A DNA stretch of 64,000 nt, taken from Octopus vulgaris. Lineage: Eukaryota. Positions 44,380 to 58,695 of the stretch are shown here, one piece after another (the stretch's first letter is position 1; each line of letters begins with the position of its first letter). The position numbers and the translations under genes are program-made. The notes below the pieces were generated by a model. That model saw nothing but the letters and a program-made list of their open reading frames with translations, was not told the origin of the DNA and searched no databases. Location of the stretch: assembly GCA_951406725.2 (NCBI GenBank), contig OX597820.1:30938001-31002000 (forward strand). The letters are read 5' to 3'.

Positions 44380-44765
44380 CCATGATGTAGAAAGTTTTTG
44401 TCATTTACAGAGCTGTAGTGTAGATAGAGTTCATGATATTCACCAAGCTTGTGGGGTACACAGAGCCCATAGTGTTTGCTATGACAGTGCTATTCAGTAA
44501 GCTGTGGGGCATGCAGAGCCCATGCTGTTAACAATGATCCCATGTTTGCAGAGTCTGTGGTGTGCACAGAGCTGTAACATTCAGAGGCTGTAGTGTACAC
44601 AGTGCTGTGGTATTGACAGAGCCTGCAGAGTTCACATATTGATTATCATCACAGAGATGTGATATTCATATGGGCTGAAATATTCATGTAGACATGATGT
44701 TCACTGAAGCCATGATGTTTGATGTTTACAAAAGCCATGATGCTCACTGAAGCTGTGATATTTCC
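44380..44765. repeat. Degenerate about 19-20-bp minisatellite (CAGAGCTGTAGTGTACACA-like)
   Basis: Recurring CAGAG(C/T)..TG..GT..ACA units. Confidence 0.6.
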
Positions 44766-46284
44766 CCAAGGGTATTCAACAATGTGAGGTAAATCACATA
44801 ACTTCAAGCTGCTGTGAAAATAGAGTTAGGGTTTCAGTTTGCCGACAGTCAGATGTTATTAAAGTTTCCCTCTGGGGCACAAATACAAAAAATGTTAAGA
44901 ATGGACAGGAGACCGTCATATAGTCATGCATTAATGAAGTGCATTATTCATTAATATAGGTGTCAATTCTAAGATTAACCCATTTGTTACCATATTTCTG
45001 TTGATACATACTGCTTTTGTGTCAATTAATTTTGAAAACAATGAAGAATTTAATAAAATACCTTTGTTATTATCAGGTTGGTGTTTAGAGCTGGTGGAAT
45101 TGTTAGCATGTCATACAAACTGCTTTGTGGTATTTCATCTGTCTGTACATTCTGAATTAAAATTCTGCTGAGGTTGACTTTGCCTTTCATCTTTTGGGGG
45201 GTTGATAAAATAAGTACTAGTTGAATACTGGGGTCAATGTAATCGACTTGTCCCCTCTTCTGAAACTGCTGGCCTTGTGCCAAAATTTGAAATCAAAATT
45301 AAGTTGGTTTTTGTAATATAAATTAACATAAGCTTTTGATGAAAACTTTTAATTTAGATCACTTTAAATAGAATAAGGGCCAAACTAGGATAGGTAGATA
45401 TGAAATGAAAAATCAATATCATGATTAATTAAATTGATTTTAAGTTATTAGAAAGGTGACAAACTGGCAGCCTCATTAGATCATTGAGTAAAATGCCTTG
45501 CAGTACTTGCTCCAGATCCCTGTGCTTCGAGTTCAGATTCCACCAAGGTCAACTTTGCTTTTCATCTTTTTGTGGGGTTGATAACTAAAGTACCAGTTCA
45601 GAGTAGCAGGATGGTTAAAGAGTTAAATCAGATGTCTAGTGATATCTATTCTGGCTCTTTGCATTCTGATGGCAGTGCTTGCTGCAGCAACACTAGCCCA
45701 CAACCTGTATTGCCCCTTGTCTTTCTCTTAGACAATTCTGACCACATGGAGAAGGGAGACTTACCTATAGGAGTGATTGCTAAAGTTCATTTAAAAAGAA
45801 AAAAAAAAAAACCCTTGCCTGGGACTGGACTTTGGAAGGGAAACTCCCACATGCAAATTTGTAGTCTCCTGAAACATACAGAAATTTACCCAACAAAAAT
45901 TTGAGGCTTTGTGAAGGGCATCCATTTGTATAAACTGTACCAAAGCAGGTGTTTGAGCACAGTGCAGTCTTTGGATTCATTGGATCCTGTCAGACCATAA
46001 TGCAATCCATGCCAGCATCAAAGATGATATATCAATGATAGAAATCAATATTATAATTATTTTATACTTTCTAGTTTTTAATCACAAAAGGTAGAAAGGA
46101 AAAAGAAAGACTTTAGAAATAGACAACAGGCATTTGTTTGTTCAGTTTAATGCATGTTTTCCCATGGTTGCATGAATTAGATGAATCTTGTTTAGGCAGA
46201 TAAATTCTTTTAGATTTTCTATAATGGCTCAGCTATTGGGAAAGGCTGAAACAGTTAAGACTCTACTCTCTGGAGAGAAGGTGA

Positions 46285-46692
46285 GAGAGGTATGTAGTAA
46301 TATACGTCTGGAAGATCTTGGAAGGAATTGTGCCAAAGTTTGGCATTGAAAGCTATCCCAATGCCTGGACAGGACGACACTGCATAGTGCCAAACATCCC
46401 AGCAATGCCATTGGGCTTCAGTTACTGCAACAGCCTGGGTTTCAAGGGCCCACAGCTTTTTAATATTCTCCCAAAGAGCCTGAGGAATCTGCGCAAAGTA
46501 GATGTAGGTGTTTTAAAATCAAAGCTGGAACTCTTATATTCGAGAGTCCCAGATGAACCTACATCACAGCAAGAGGTGCAAATGAGGGTAGCTATATCAA
46601 ACTCCATTTTTCACCAAGTGCCACATATTGGAGGAGGCTCTCAGTAATAACAGTGTAGCTGCATGGCCACAGCTCTGAGCTGAAACTACAGT
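46285..46692 (+). mobile_element. Older 3' fragment of the CR1/L2-group LINE at 53481
   Basis: IVPKFGIESYPNAWTGRHCIVP...SLGFKGPQLFNILPK...VPDEPTS, with the same 3' tail. Confidence 0.88.
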
Positions 46693-47154
46693 AAAATGGC
46701 ATGCTCTTTCAATCACCAACTCTTACTTGAAGAAAAAGAAAAAAAACATCTTATCAAGAAAGGTATTTTAAAAATTTCTTTACACATTGAATGCTAAAAC
46801 TATGGGACTTTTTGCTTACATAAAATTGTTAAGGAAGATACTTTTTTTTTCTTACTCAGATGTCTGTCTACCAATAGCAAAAACAATAAAGATGAGTTCT
46901 AACTTTGACACAACATTATATATTTAAAGAAGAAGAGTACATAAGCATAACAGATCTATAATAGATTGTTGATACTGTATTTCTGTCATTGAGTCATTGA
47001 CCTGGAAGGGGTAAAAATGAAAGTCAACTCAGATAGGATCTGAACTTTGAATGAAAGAGATATAACTGGAGATAATGTTGGTTGAATAATGTGCTTCATA
47101 GTATTCAATATCAATTGATTTTCTAATCTACTACTCTAACATTAATAATTTCAT

Positions 47155-48830
47155 ATAATTGCAGTCATACTCTTGTTTGATGGGCTGGGGTCATCCCAGG
47201 TTAATGGTCCCAGAAGCATCATCGTGTGTAGAGCTAACAAGGTCAACCAGTGTCCCTTATTGCTGGTGGTCCCATACCAGCCCCTCTGCATTCTCCAAGA
47301 TGATATTTTGTTGGCTGGGGTCATGCAGGGGTCCGTCCCAATGTTGGGAGGTCTGGTTTCTTCTGGTCAGCATTGTGACAAGTTGAGGGTTCTTCTGGAC
47401 AGGTTATTAGCCCTCCGTAGAATAGTTGGATGATGGAGATGCTATCTTGGCCATGAACCAATGTGCTGCAGGTCACTGTTAGTTTGGAACCGCCCTGCCT
47501 AGGGTGGCCCAACCAGGAGCAAAGCTCAACTGGTAATGCACTCTCAGATCTAAGGAAGACACAAGCCCCATTGCCATGATAAGGTCAAACCCAAGAAGCA
47601 AAAAATTTTAGGGCAGTCAATTATGTCAACCTCCATTACTTTACTGGAACTTATTTTATCAACCTTCTCAAGGATGAAATGCAAATTCACCCATGGTGGT
47701 AATTGAACATGGAATATAAATGCCATAACTCTTTAACATTCAGATGACTGTCAAATATAATGCTTATGTATTCACATTGTTATGAATTGATCATGCACTG
47801 TTTTGTACCTTCGAGATTTCAATGATGCAACTGTTTATTTTTAAATGAGGTTGTAGGCTAAGTGTGAGAGATCAGATCTGTCTGGTTTGAACATAAAACA
47901 GGTAGAATATTTTTGGCTGGATAAGGTGGCGAGCTGGCAGAAACATTAGTACACCGGGCAAAATGCATAGCGGTATTTTGTCTGTCTTCACGTTCTGAGT
48001 TCAAATTCCACTAAGGTCGACGTTGACTTTCATCATTTTGGGGTTGATAAATTAAGTACCAGTTGTGTATTGGGGTTGATTTAATCAACTGGCCCCCTTC
48101 CCCAAAATTTTGGGCCTTGTGCCTAGAGTAGAAAAGAATATTTTTGGCTGCCTTATCCCTTTAAATGCTAAAGGGATAAGGGAGTCTGTCCAAGGCAACT
48201 CAGCAGGGAGGGGCAAGTTGATTAGATTAACCCCAGTACCTGAATGGTACTTTATTTTAATGACCTCAAAAGGATAAAAGGCAAAGTTGAGCTTGGCAGT
48301 ATTTGAACTTAGAATGCAAAAAGTAAGAACTACCACCAAGCATTTTGTCTGATATGCTAATGGCTCTGCTAGCTTGTCACCTTAAACAGTTCAACATTGG
48401 AATAAACTGATTTTGTAAATCAGGAATAAATAGTACCTTGCAGATTTGAAAGGGAGCTATATTTATTGATTTGCTGAGGCAATTACTAAGCATTAACATT
48501 TTTTATTTTCATACAATTGCAGTCATACTCTTGTTTGATGGGCGAGGGTTCAGTCATCCCAGGTTAATGGTCCTAGAAGCACCATTGTGTGTAGAGCTAA
48601 CAAGATCTACCTGTGTCCTCTATTGCTGGTGGTCCCATACCAGCTCCTCTGCATCCTCCAAGATGATGTCTTGTTGGCTGGGGGCATGCAGGGGTCCGTT
48701 CCAATGTTAGGAGGTCTGGTTTCATCTGGTCAGCATTGTGACAAGCTGAGGGTTCTTCTGGACAGGTTGTTAACCCTCCGTAGAATAGTTGGATGATGGA
48801 GATACTATCTTGGCCATGAATTGGTGTGTT
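47155..48830 (-). repeat. Two direct copies (47155-47465 and 48512-48820) of an about 310-bp segment, probably a decayed RTE 3' end
   Basis: High identity between the two copies; only weak RTE C-terminal resemblance on the minus strand. Confidence 0.6.
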
Positions 48831-50619
48831 GCTGGGGTCTTAAAAATAGGTGATGCTCATACATTTTCCAAAGAACAGTAACAGTAAACTGGTGCTATCA
48901 GTGAACTTATCTTGTTTTATCGATTTCCATTACTTAGAACTTACTGTTTCCTGACTGGTTAGCCAAAATTTTTAAATGATTAGACTGAGGGAAAAGGATC
49001 AGTACTCAAGATCTTTCTGTAGGATTTCTGCAACTGGCTCAAAGGAAGGGAGGTAAATCTTGATGTCTTCAGAACAAAGACTCAATCTAAATGCTTGCAA
49101 TGGAGCGAATTCTGCTTCAAGCTTTTGATACCAAACCATCTGAGACTGCTCTTGGTTCTATGGTACAGAGTTTCTGTTTAAAAGTGATCTAAATTAAAAC
49201 TTCCCATTAAAATTTCATGTTAATTTATGTTTGAAACATCAACTTAACAACACAGTTGGGTAAAGGATAAAACCCCGCTTCGGTCATGAATGACCATGGG
49301 ATTGCACCTAGAAAGTTACCCTCTGAAGCACAAGTTCGGGCAAGGTTGTCACCAGCAGTCGCCCATGCATACCAGCCTCCTTTTTCCACACCACTGATAT
49401 TATCCAAGGGAAAGGCAAAAGCTAATACAGCTTGGCACCAGTGATGTTGCTACTCATTTCTACAGCTGAGTGAGCTAGAGCAATGTGAAATAAAGTATCT
49501 TGCTTAAGAAACCAACACACAGCCGACGAGCTGGCAGAAATGTTAGCACGCCAGGTGAAATGCTTAGTGGTATTTCGTCTGCCGCTATGTACTGAGTTCA
49601 AATTCCGCCGATGTCGACTCTGCCTTTCATCCTTTCGGGGTCGATAAATTAAGTACCAGTTATGCACTGGGGTCGATGTAATTGACTTAATCCATTTGTC
49701 TGTCCTTGTTTGTCCCCTCTATATCTAGCCCTTTGTGGGCAATAAATAAATAAGAAACCAACACACAGCCTGGTCTGGGAATCAAACTCCTTACCTCATG
49801 ATTGTGAGACTGACACTCTAACCACTGAGCCATGTTCCTTCACTCAATGTAATTAACCAATTAAATTAAATTGAAACAGGGAACAAATAACACTGGAGAT
49901 ATGAGCAAATACAGAGCCTTTGTGCAGTCACTCAACTTGACAGAAATAGTAACACCTTTAAATCAAATCCTATTGTCATGGTAACACATGATACATTGAA
50001 CAAACTAGTTGTACATATAGGACTGCTAGGGGTGGAGCACCTTTTTAGTCATAAACCTGCCTATTCAAGGGAATAAATAATCCTTTCCACTATAGGCACA
50101 AGGCCTGAAATTTAGGAGGAGGGGGCTAGTCGATTACATTGACCTTAGTGTTTAACTGGTAATTTGTGTTTTTGATATGACCCCTGCCCTCTCAAAAGGT
50201 TCTTGTACCTCCTCTACTAGACACCTGTTTCTGTGTCTGTCACATTCTAACCTTTTGTCAGATATACAAGATCACCTCCCGCAATGCCACCTCCTCTCTC
50301 AAAGGATCTTTGTCTTGCAAGTTACTTGGTGACCCTGTCAGTGCTGGTGCCATGTAAAAAAGCATCCACTCCACACAGGATCAGTTGTCAAGCAATGGCA
50401 GGGAGACAAACACAAACATGAATATATATATATACACATGCACACACAATGGGCTTCTTTCACTTTCCATCTACTAAGTCCACTCATATGGCTTTGGTTG
50501 CCCAGAGGTTATAGAAGACGTTTGCCCAAGGTCCCACACAGTGGGACTGAACCTAGAACCATGTGGTTGGGAAGCAAGCTTCTTACCACACAGCGAGATA
50601 TATATATATATATATATAT

Positions 50620-50969
50620 AGCCAACCATGGCTGTTGCCAGCGCCACCCTGACTGGCCTCCATGCCGGTGGCACGTAAAAAACACCATCCAATCGTGGCC
50701 GTTGCCAGCCTCGCCTGGCCCCCGTGCTGGTGGCACATAAAAAGCACCATCCGTCCGTGGCCGCTTGCCAGCCCTGTCTGAAACCTGTGCCGGTGGCACA
50801 TAAGAAAAACCCACTACACTCACAGAGTGGTTGGCGTTAGGAAGGGCATCCAGCCGTAGAAACATTGCCAGATAAGACTGGGCCTGGTGCAGCCTTTTGG
50901 CTTCCCAGACCCCAGTTGAACTGTCCAACCCATGCCAGCATGGAAAGCGGACGCTAAATGATGATGATG

Positions 50970-50970
<1 letters not shown>
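50620..50970 (+). mobile_element. Young RTE 3'UTR copy with (GAT)n tail
   Basis: Reverse complement of 15333-15600. Confidence 0.85.
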
Positions 50971-51739
<769 letters not shown>

Positions 51740-51740
<1 letters not shown>

Positions 51741-53259
51741 ATCATCATCATCATCATCATCATCATCATCGTTTAACGTCCGCTTTCCGCGCTAGCACGG
51801 GTTGGACGGTTTGACCGGGTCTGGGAAGCCAGGGGCCGCACCAGGCTCCAGTCTGAATCTGGCAGAGTTTCTACGGCTGGATGCCCTTCCTAACGCCAAC
51901 CACTCCGTGAGTGGATTGGGTGCTTTTTACGTGCCACCTGCACAGGGGCCGGAGGGTCCGGCATCGTCACGATCGGTTCGAGCATTTTAACGTGTCAGCG
52001 GCACGGGGGCAACGAGGTCCGGGGTACTTTGGGGATCGGGGTACTTTGGGGATCCGGGGTACTTTGGGGATCCGGGGTACTTAGAATGGGTAGGGGGTAT
52101 GTGGAATTGCTGCAGAAAGCAGCCCGGGTCTTTGTAGTCACAGCATTTATCGTCACTGAGTAACGTAATTAGGTAGAGGAAAGAAATACAGATATTCTAG
52201 AGTTGAGTTGGGGAGGGGGTCCAGTTGAGGCGGGTAATATAGGGGAGCAACCAGTGGGAAGGTTGGGGTAAGGAGGAACGATGGCAGGAAGGGTTGGTGT
52301 AGGTTCCTAAGAAATAAAAACGTAGGATATTACGAGGCGGGAGGGTACTAAAGGGGATGGTCGGAATGAGGCAGTGTCAGGAGGAAGCGTAAGATCGGTG
52401 GGCAGTTGATGAGCTATGGCGCTAGCAGGGCAGTTGATGAGCTATGGCGCTAGCAGCTTGTCTTTTCACAGTGAAAGCATATGAGGAGAAGGGGTAGTGG
52501 GGGGGAGGAGGGAGTACCCGGTGTAGATGAGTAAGGCGTATCCGGTGTAGATGGTGAGAACTGGGTATAATGGTATTGGTGGTGGCGGTGAGAACAGTGT
52601 TCACCGGTATTGGTGGTGGGGGTGAGAACAATGTTCATCGGTATTGGTGGTGGGGGTGGGGGGCGGGCGCACCGCCACTGGCGGAAAGATGCGAAGAGAT
52701 GGGATTACGGCTTGAGGCAGCCTAAGGTTAAATTTTGTAGAGAGAGAGATAGGAAAGATAAATCAAGTTATGGCGAAGGCTTGAAAGTAGTCTAAAAAGG
52801 TTAAATTTTCGTAACAGTGTATGAATAAACGTAGTAACAACAAATAAAAAGAGTAAGATAAATTTTTAAGAACTTGCTGCGGGCATCGACCAGGAGTTGA
52901 AATTGAAGAAGAAAGTAAGTTGAATTGGCGGAAAGATGGGAAGAGATGGGATTACGGCTTGAGGCAGCCTAAGGTTAAATTTTGTAGAGAGAGAGATAGG
53001 AAAGATAAATCAAGTTATGGCGAAGGCTTGAAAGTAGTCTAAAAAGGTTAAATTTTCGTAACAGTGTATGAATAAACGTAGTAACAACAAATAAAAAGAG
53101 TAAGATAAATTTTTAAGAACTTGCTGCGGGCATCGACCAGGAGTTGAAATTGAAGAAGAAAGTAAGTTGAATTGGCGGAAAGATGGGAAGAGATGGGATT
53201 ACGGCTTGAGGCAGCCTAAGGTTAAATTTTGTAGTGAGAGAGAGATAGGAAATATAAAT

Positions 53260-53262
<3 letters not shown>
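51740..53262 (-). mobile_element. GC-rich composite element: RTE-type 3' tail, purine-skewed body and 247-bp tandem monomers
   Basis: (CAT)n plus RTE 3'UTR at 51740-52010, small tandem repeats, then 2.3 near-identical 247-bp units; bounded by (TA)n on both sides. Confidence 0.5.
52679..53262. repeat. Tandem repeat, 247-bp unit x 2.3
   Basis: Units start at about 52679, 52926 and 53173 (TGGCGGAAAGATG...) and are almost identical. Confidence 0.92.
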
Positions 53263-53299
<37 letters not shown>

Positions 53300-53302
53300 C
53301 AC

Positions 53303-53452
<150 letters not shown>

Positions 53453-53480
53453 ACATATACACGTATATATATATATATAT

Positions 53481-55180
53481 AAAGGAAGACGATGTAACCA
53501 AGGCTATAGATGAAATGAAAACAGACTCAGCTACTGGCCCCGATGGATTCCCGGCAATCCTCCTAAAAGCATGTAAGAGAGTCCTAGCAAGACCACTGCA
53601 GTTCCTCTTTCAGAGCTTCCTTGCAGCTGGCAAACTTCCAGGAAAACTGAAGGAAGGTAAAATATGCCCCATTCATAAAGGAGGTAGCAGAGCGGAAGCC
53701 AAGAACTACAGACCTATCTCTCTGACCTCACACATCAGCAAGGTCATGGAACGAATAGTCAGAAGGAAGCTGATCACCTTCCTTGAAGAGAATGACTTGC
53801 TGCCCGACACCCAACATGGTTTCCGACCAGGGAGAAGCTGTTTAACTCAGCTCCTACAACACTATGACTGGGTGCTGAAACGGCTGCTCAACCACTCAAA
53901 TGTGGAAGTGATATATCTCGACTTTGCAAAGGCCTTTGATAAAGTCGATCATGGAATGATATGTCACAAACTGCGTGATCTCAACATAGTTGGAAAACTG
54001 GGAGAATGGCTTCATGACTTTCTGAAGGATAGAAGTCAGGTGGTAGTAGCCAATGGGGCCACCTCCATTAACACACAAATAGTGAGCGGTGTTCCGCAGG
54101 GCACTGTTCTGGGACCACTACTGTTCATAATGGCCCTCTCAGACATGCCCTCAGCCACGCAGAGAGCCACGATCACAAGTTATGCAGATGATACAAAAGT
54201 TTCACAGGCAATACAGAACCCTGAGGACACTAAACACCTGCAATGTGAGCTGGACGAAATATACAAGTGGGCTGAAAAGAATAGCATGCAGTTCAATGCT
54301 GGAAAGTTTCAAGCTTTATACTATCAGCATGCAAAACTGAATGCAATACCCAATGAATACACTGGACCCGGAGGGATTGCAATCCCAGAGGCACAATCAG
54401 TGCGTGACCTGGGTATTCACATGAGTGATGACGCGACCTTTCATGTACATGTTGCTAAACTGACAATGAAATGTAGACGGCTGGCTGGATGGATTCTTAG
54501 AACCTTTAGAACAAGAGAACAAGAAACCATGATGGTCCTCTGGAAGACACTTGTCCTAAGCCACTTTGACTATTGCTCTCAGCTATGGTCACCATCCAGT
54601 GTCAAGTTGATCACAGAACTTGAGGCGATCCAACGAAGCTACACAAAGAAGATAGCCTCTATGCAGAATGTAAGCTACTGGGAAAGACTCAAGAGATTAA
54701 AATTATATTCCCTGGAGCGTAGGCGGGAAAGATATGCCATAATATACATCTGGAAGATCCTGGAGGAAGTGTCCTGAACTTTGGCATCGAGAGTTACGCA
54801 AATGCCAGAACTGGGCGCCACTGCGTGGTGCCTAGGACTCCAAACCTGCCATCAAGATGTAGGACAAGATTCTGTGATAGCCTGGGCTTCCGAGGCCCAC
54901 AGCTCTTCAATATCCTCCCGAAGAACCTGAGAGACCTGCATGGGGTGGATACAGATGTCTTTAAAATGAAGCTGGATCTCTTCCTGTCAGGTGTCCCAGA
55001 TGAACCAACTTCACGGCAGGAGGGGCAGATGAGGGCAGCTGCATCGAACTCTCTCATGCACCAAATAGCAGTTGCCAGAAAGCCTCCATGAAGTGAAACC
55101 AGGTAGCAACACCAAATGGCGGTGCCCCAGCATGGCCACAGCTCATAGGCTGAAACTAGAATCAATCAATCAATCAATCA
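53481..55180 (+). mobile_element. 5'-truncated young CR1/L2-group LINE with an intact RT domain
   Basis: [47 protein letters not shown] and YADD (54181-54192). One frameshift near 54770, stop at 55091, (AATC)n tail at 55160-55180. Confidence 0.95.
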
Positions 55181-55211
55181 TATATATATACATATATATA
55201 TATATATACAC

Positions 55212-55272
<61 letters not shown>

Positions 55273-55326
55273 ATATATATATATATATATACATATACAC
55301 ATATATATATATATATACATATACAC

Positions 55327-55359
<33 letters not shown>

Positions 55360-55583
55360 TATATATATATATATACACATATACATATACATATATATAT
55401 ATATATACACACACATATATATATATATATATATACACATATATATATATATACATATACACATATATATATATATATACATATACACATATATATATAT
55501 ATATATATACATATACACATATATATATACACGTATATATATATATATACATACATACATATACACACTCTCTCTCTCTCTCT
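55180..55583. repeat. (TA)n/(TACA)n microsatellite
   Basis: Seen directly; a similar tract lies at 53263-53480. Confidence 0.97.
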
Positions 55584-56958
55584 TAGTTTATGACATTGGT
55601 TTATTATTTTTTGTATATTTTATTTTTTTGGGGGCAGAATTTTTCATCATTCAGGATAAATTTTATCAGTTTTTTTTTCATTTTATTAATATAAATAGAT
55701 TGTATATTTATTGGAATAAATTTTGTTTTTATCTATAATAATTGTGTCTTCTGACTGCGAGATTTTTAATTATGAAGTAAGATTACTTCTGATTATGTTT
55801 ACAAATTTTGTTGGTGAAGCAAACCATACTAAGAAAACAAACAAAAACAGTATTCAGTAATGAAATTACCACTAAAGCTATTACATGTTATGTTAGCAGG
55901 AATGTTGTCTTGAAGTTTAGAGACAACAAATATTCTCAATTCTTAAGAATCTTTCTTATGATTCTTACAGAATATATCCTTGTATTTTTCTGCAGGTTGA
56001 CAAATCATGACTTAATTCCAGTAACCTTCAGTCTTTCAGTTTATGTGTTGTGCCATGAGCATCAATTACCACAGGAACAATTGTCATCTTAGTCTTTATT
56101 TTAGATATTATCATTATTAATATCAAAGGTGCTGAGCTGGCAGATTTGTTATTGTGCGAAGCAAAATGCTTAACAGCATTTCATCTATCTCTATATTCTG
56201 AGTTCAACTTTACCTTTCATCCTTTCGGGGTTGATAAAATAAGTACCAGTTGAACAGTGGGGTCAATGTAATGGACCAGTCCCTTCCCCTGAATTTCAGG
56301 CCTTGTGCCTACATTGGAAATTATTATCATTATTAATAACAAAAAAAGGTAACAAGTTGGCAGAAGCATTACTGTGCAGGGCAAAATGCTTAGCGGTATT
56401 TTGTCTGCCGTTACGTTCTGAGTTGAAATTCCGCCGAGATAGACTTGGCCTTTCATCCTTTCGGGGTCAATAAATTAAGTACAAGTTACGCACTGGGATC
56501 GATATAATCGACTTAATCTGTCTGTCTGTCCTTGTTTGTCTCCTCTGTGTTTAGCCCCTTGTGGGTAGTAAAGAAATAGGTATATCATCTGTCTTTACAT
56601 TCTGAGTTTAAATTCCATCAAGGTCGACTTAGTCTTTCATCCTTTCGGGGTCAATGGAATGAGTACAAGTTGAGTACTGGCGTTGATGTAATCGACTATT
56701 CCACTCCCCCAAAATTTCAGGCCTTGTGCCTATAGTAGAAACGATTTTTAATAAAGGTAGCGAGCTGGCACAACTGTAAGCAGGTTGGACAAAATGCTTA
56801 GTGGCATTTTTTCTGGCTCTTGAATTCAAAAAGATGAAAGGTGAACTTTAGATTTTATCTTTTCAGGGTCAATAAAATAAGTACGAGTTGAACACTGCAG
56901 TCAATGAAATCAACTTAACTTCCCCTAAAATTGCTGTCCTTGTGCTAAAATTTCTAAC

Positions 56959-57320
56959 TTATTACCTCTACTTAAGCAAAGATATTGTTTCCAGTCATGT
57001 TTGCTTGTCCGTGGACAAGATATTGCGAGAATTGCTAGATGGATTTGGATGAAACTTTCAGGGATGTTTGGCCTCAGGACTGGCATGAACTGATTAGATT
57101 TTGGGATCGATCCGGTATCAGACAAGAATTCTGGATTATTTTTCTGTTTTTTTTTCGACTTAATTTTTGAGAACGGTCAGGGTCATTCTTAGTATTCTTG
57201 TTTGTGAGAGCAATCAAGTTTCTTTCGGATATTCACATTTTAAAATTCATCTCTGGCTAATCGTTGAGAGGACGTTGGTATTGCCTTGGGGGAGGTTTGC
57301 ACTCTCTGAATGCTCTTATT
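56959..57320 (+). mobile_element. Helentron-associated (DINE-1/HINE-like) element; partial reverse copy at 42722-42975
   Basis: TTATTACCTC...GGATTTGGATGAAACTTTCAGG...CCTTGGGGGAGGTTTGCACTCTCTGAATGCTCTT, a subterminal inverted repeat plus 3' hairpin layout. Confidence 0.65.
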
Positions 57321-57448
57321 ATTATTTTTCAAAACCCCATATACACATGTGTTTATATATATTTTGGCACAAGGTCTGAAATTTTGGGGAGAGAGAAGTC
57401 AATTACATTGACCCCTTGTGCTCAACTGGTATTAATTTCATTTGGATC

Positions 57449-57678
57449 TTAATCCTTTTGTTAATGTATTTATTTTGAGGTTCTCTGTGTTTCTTTCAAT
57501 TAATTTTAAATATATCAAAGAATTTAGTAAAATAACTTAGTTATCATTAAGCTAGTGTTAGGAACATAGATTCTGACAAAAGTTTGGTGGAAGATTTTAA
57601 TTCAAAACTTACAAAAACAAAACATTTGTACTAGAGATCCAGAGGCAGTTTCAGCTGGGTTGGTATCGAAAGGGTTAA
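57449..57678. mobile_element. piggyBac-type MITE nested in a SINE B copy
   Basis: TTAA ends; SINE B sequence resumes on both sides. Confidence 0.8.
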
Positions 57679-58321
57679 AGGATGAAAGGCAAAGTCAACC
57701 ATGGCAGAATTTGAACTCAGAATGTAAAGATGGACAAAATGCCACTAAGCATTTCACTTGATGTGCTAACGATTCTGCCTGCTTGCTGCTCTACATTAGC
57801 TTAATATTAGCACAGTTATTTCAATAAATTCATTATTTTCAGAATTAATCAAAACAAAGGTAGAATATTTCAACAGACATATGGTAACAAGAAGTTAATA
57901 TAAGGTTAAGATTATGGCTAATAAGTTATCTAAATGATAAAAAGCAATATTTCCAATGGAAATGTTGTATCAAATAGGTTTAGTGATATAAGTTGAATTA
58001 TAAATTTGTTATTCTTAGACTGTGTTAGTCTACTTACATTTCTTTTTACTAGTTTTAGCTGGTGGGCTGTAAAACAACATCTTCAAAATGTGATACTTCC
58101 ATACTTCCCTAACAGGGAATGGAACTGTGAGCAACTGTAAGACAGCCAAGGACATTTACCACTATGCTACTGAAAAAAATAAAATAAACTGACTGAAATC
58201 ACTGCTATTGAATCCAATATATCAAACATCACCATTTACATTTATGTGTGTCAGGTTGTAAATCTCTGATACTGACCAGTCCAAATATTTTTATGTACAA
58301 TAACAATAACTTGTTAGAAAG

Positions 58322-58627
58322 TTGTTGCTGTTTGTTCCTTCTCGAGGCATGCCTGGCTCATAGGGCCGGTTTCTCAGTTTCCTTGGCATATAGGTTCCCC
58401 ACCTGGACGGGATGTGGGTCTGTCACAGGTGAGCTGCAAGATGCAGGAGGAAAGAATGAGAGAAATTTGAGGCGAAAGAGTCAGCAGAAGTTCGTCATTA
58501 CCTTCTGCCGGAGCCACGTAGAGCTTAGGTGTTTCGCTCATAAACATACACATCGCCTGGTCTGAGATTCGAACCCATGATCCTTCGACCACGATTCTGC
58601 TGCTCTAACCACTAGGCCATGTGCCTC
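58322..58627 (-). mobile_element. tRNA-derived SINE (family C)
   Basis: Clean A box TGGCCTAGTGG and B box GGTTCGAATCT on the minus strand, with a (CAA)n-like tail. Confidence 0.8.
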
Positions 58628-58695
58628 AACTGTTAGAAAGTCATGTAGCATTAAAATAAATTGAAAAGCCATCTTCCCATCAAGAATTAGATTTA

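Noticed and set aside
58550-58627. tRNA gene
   Set aside because: A and B boxes are present, but it continues into a SINE body and tail and has no complete cloverleaf.
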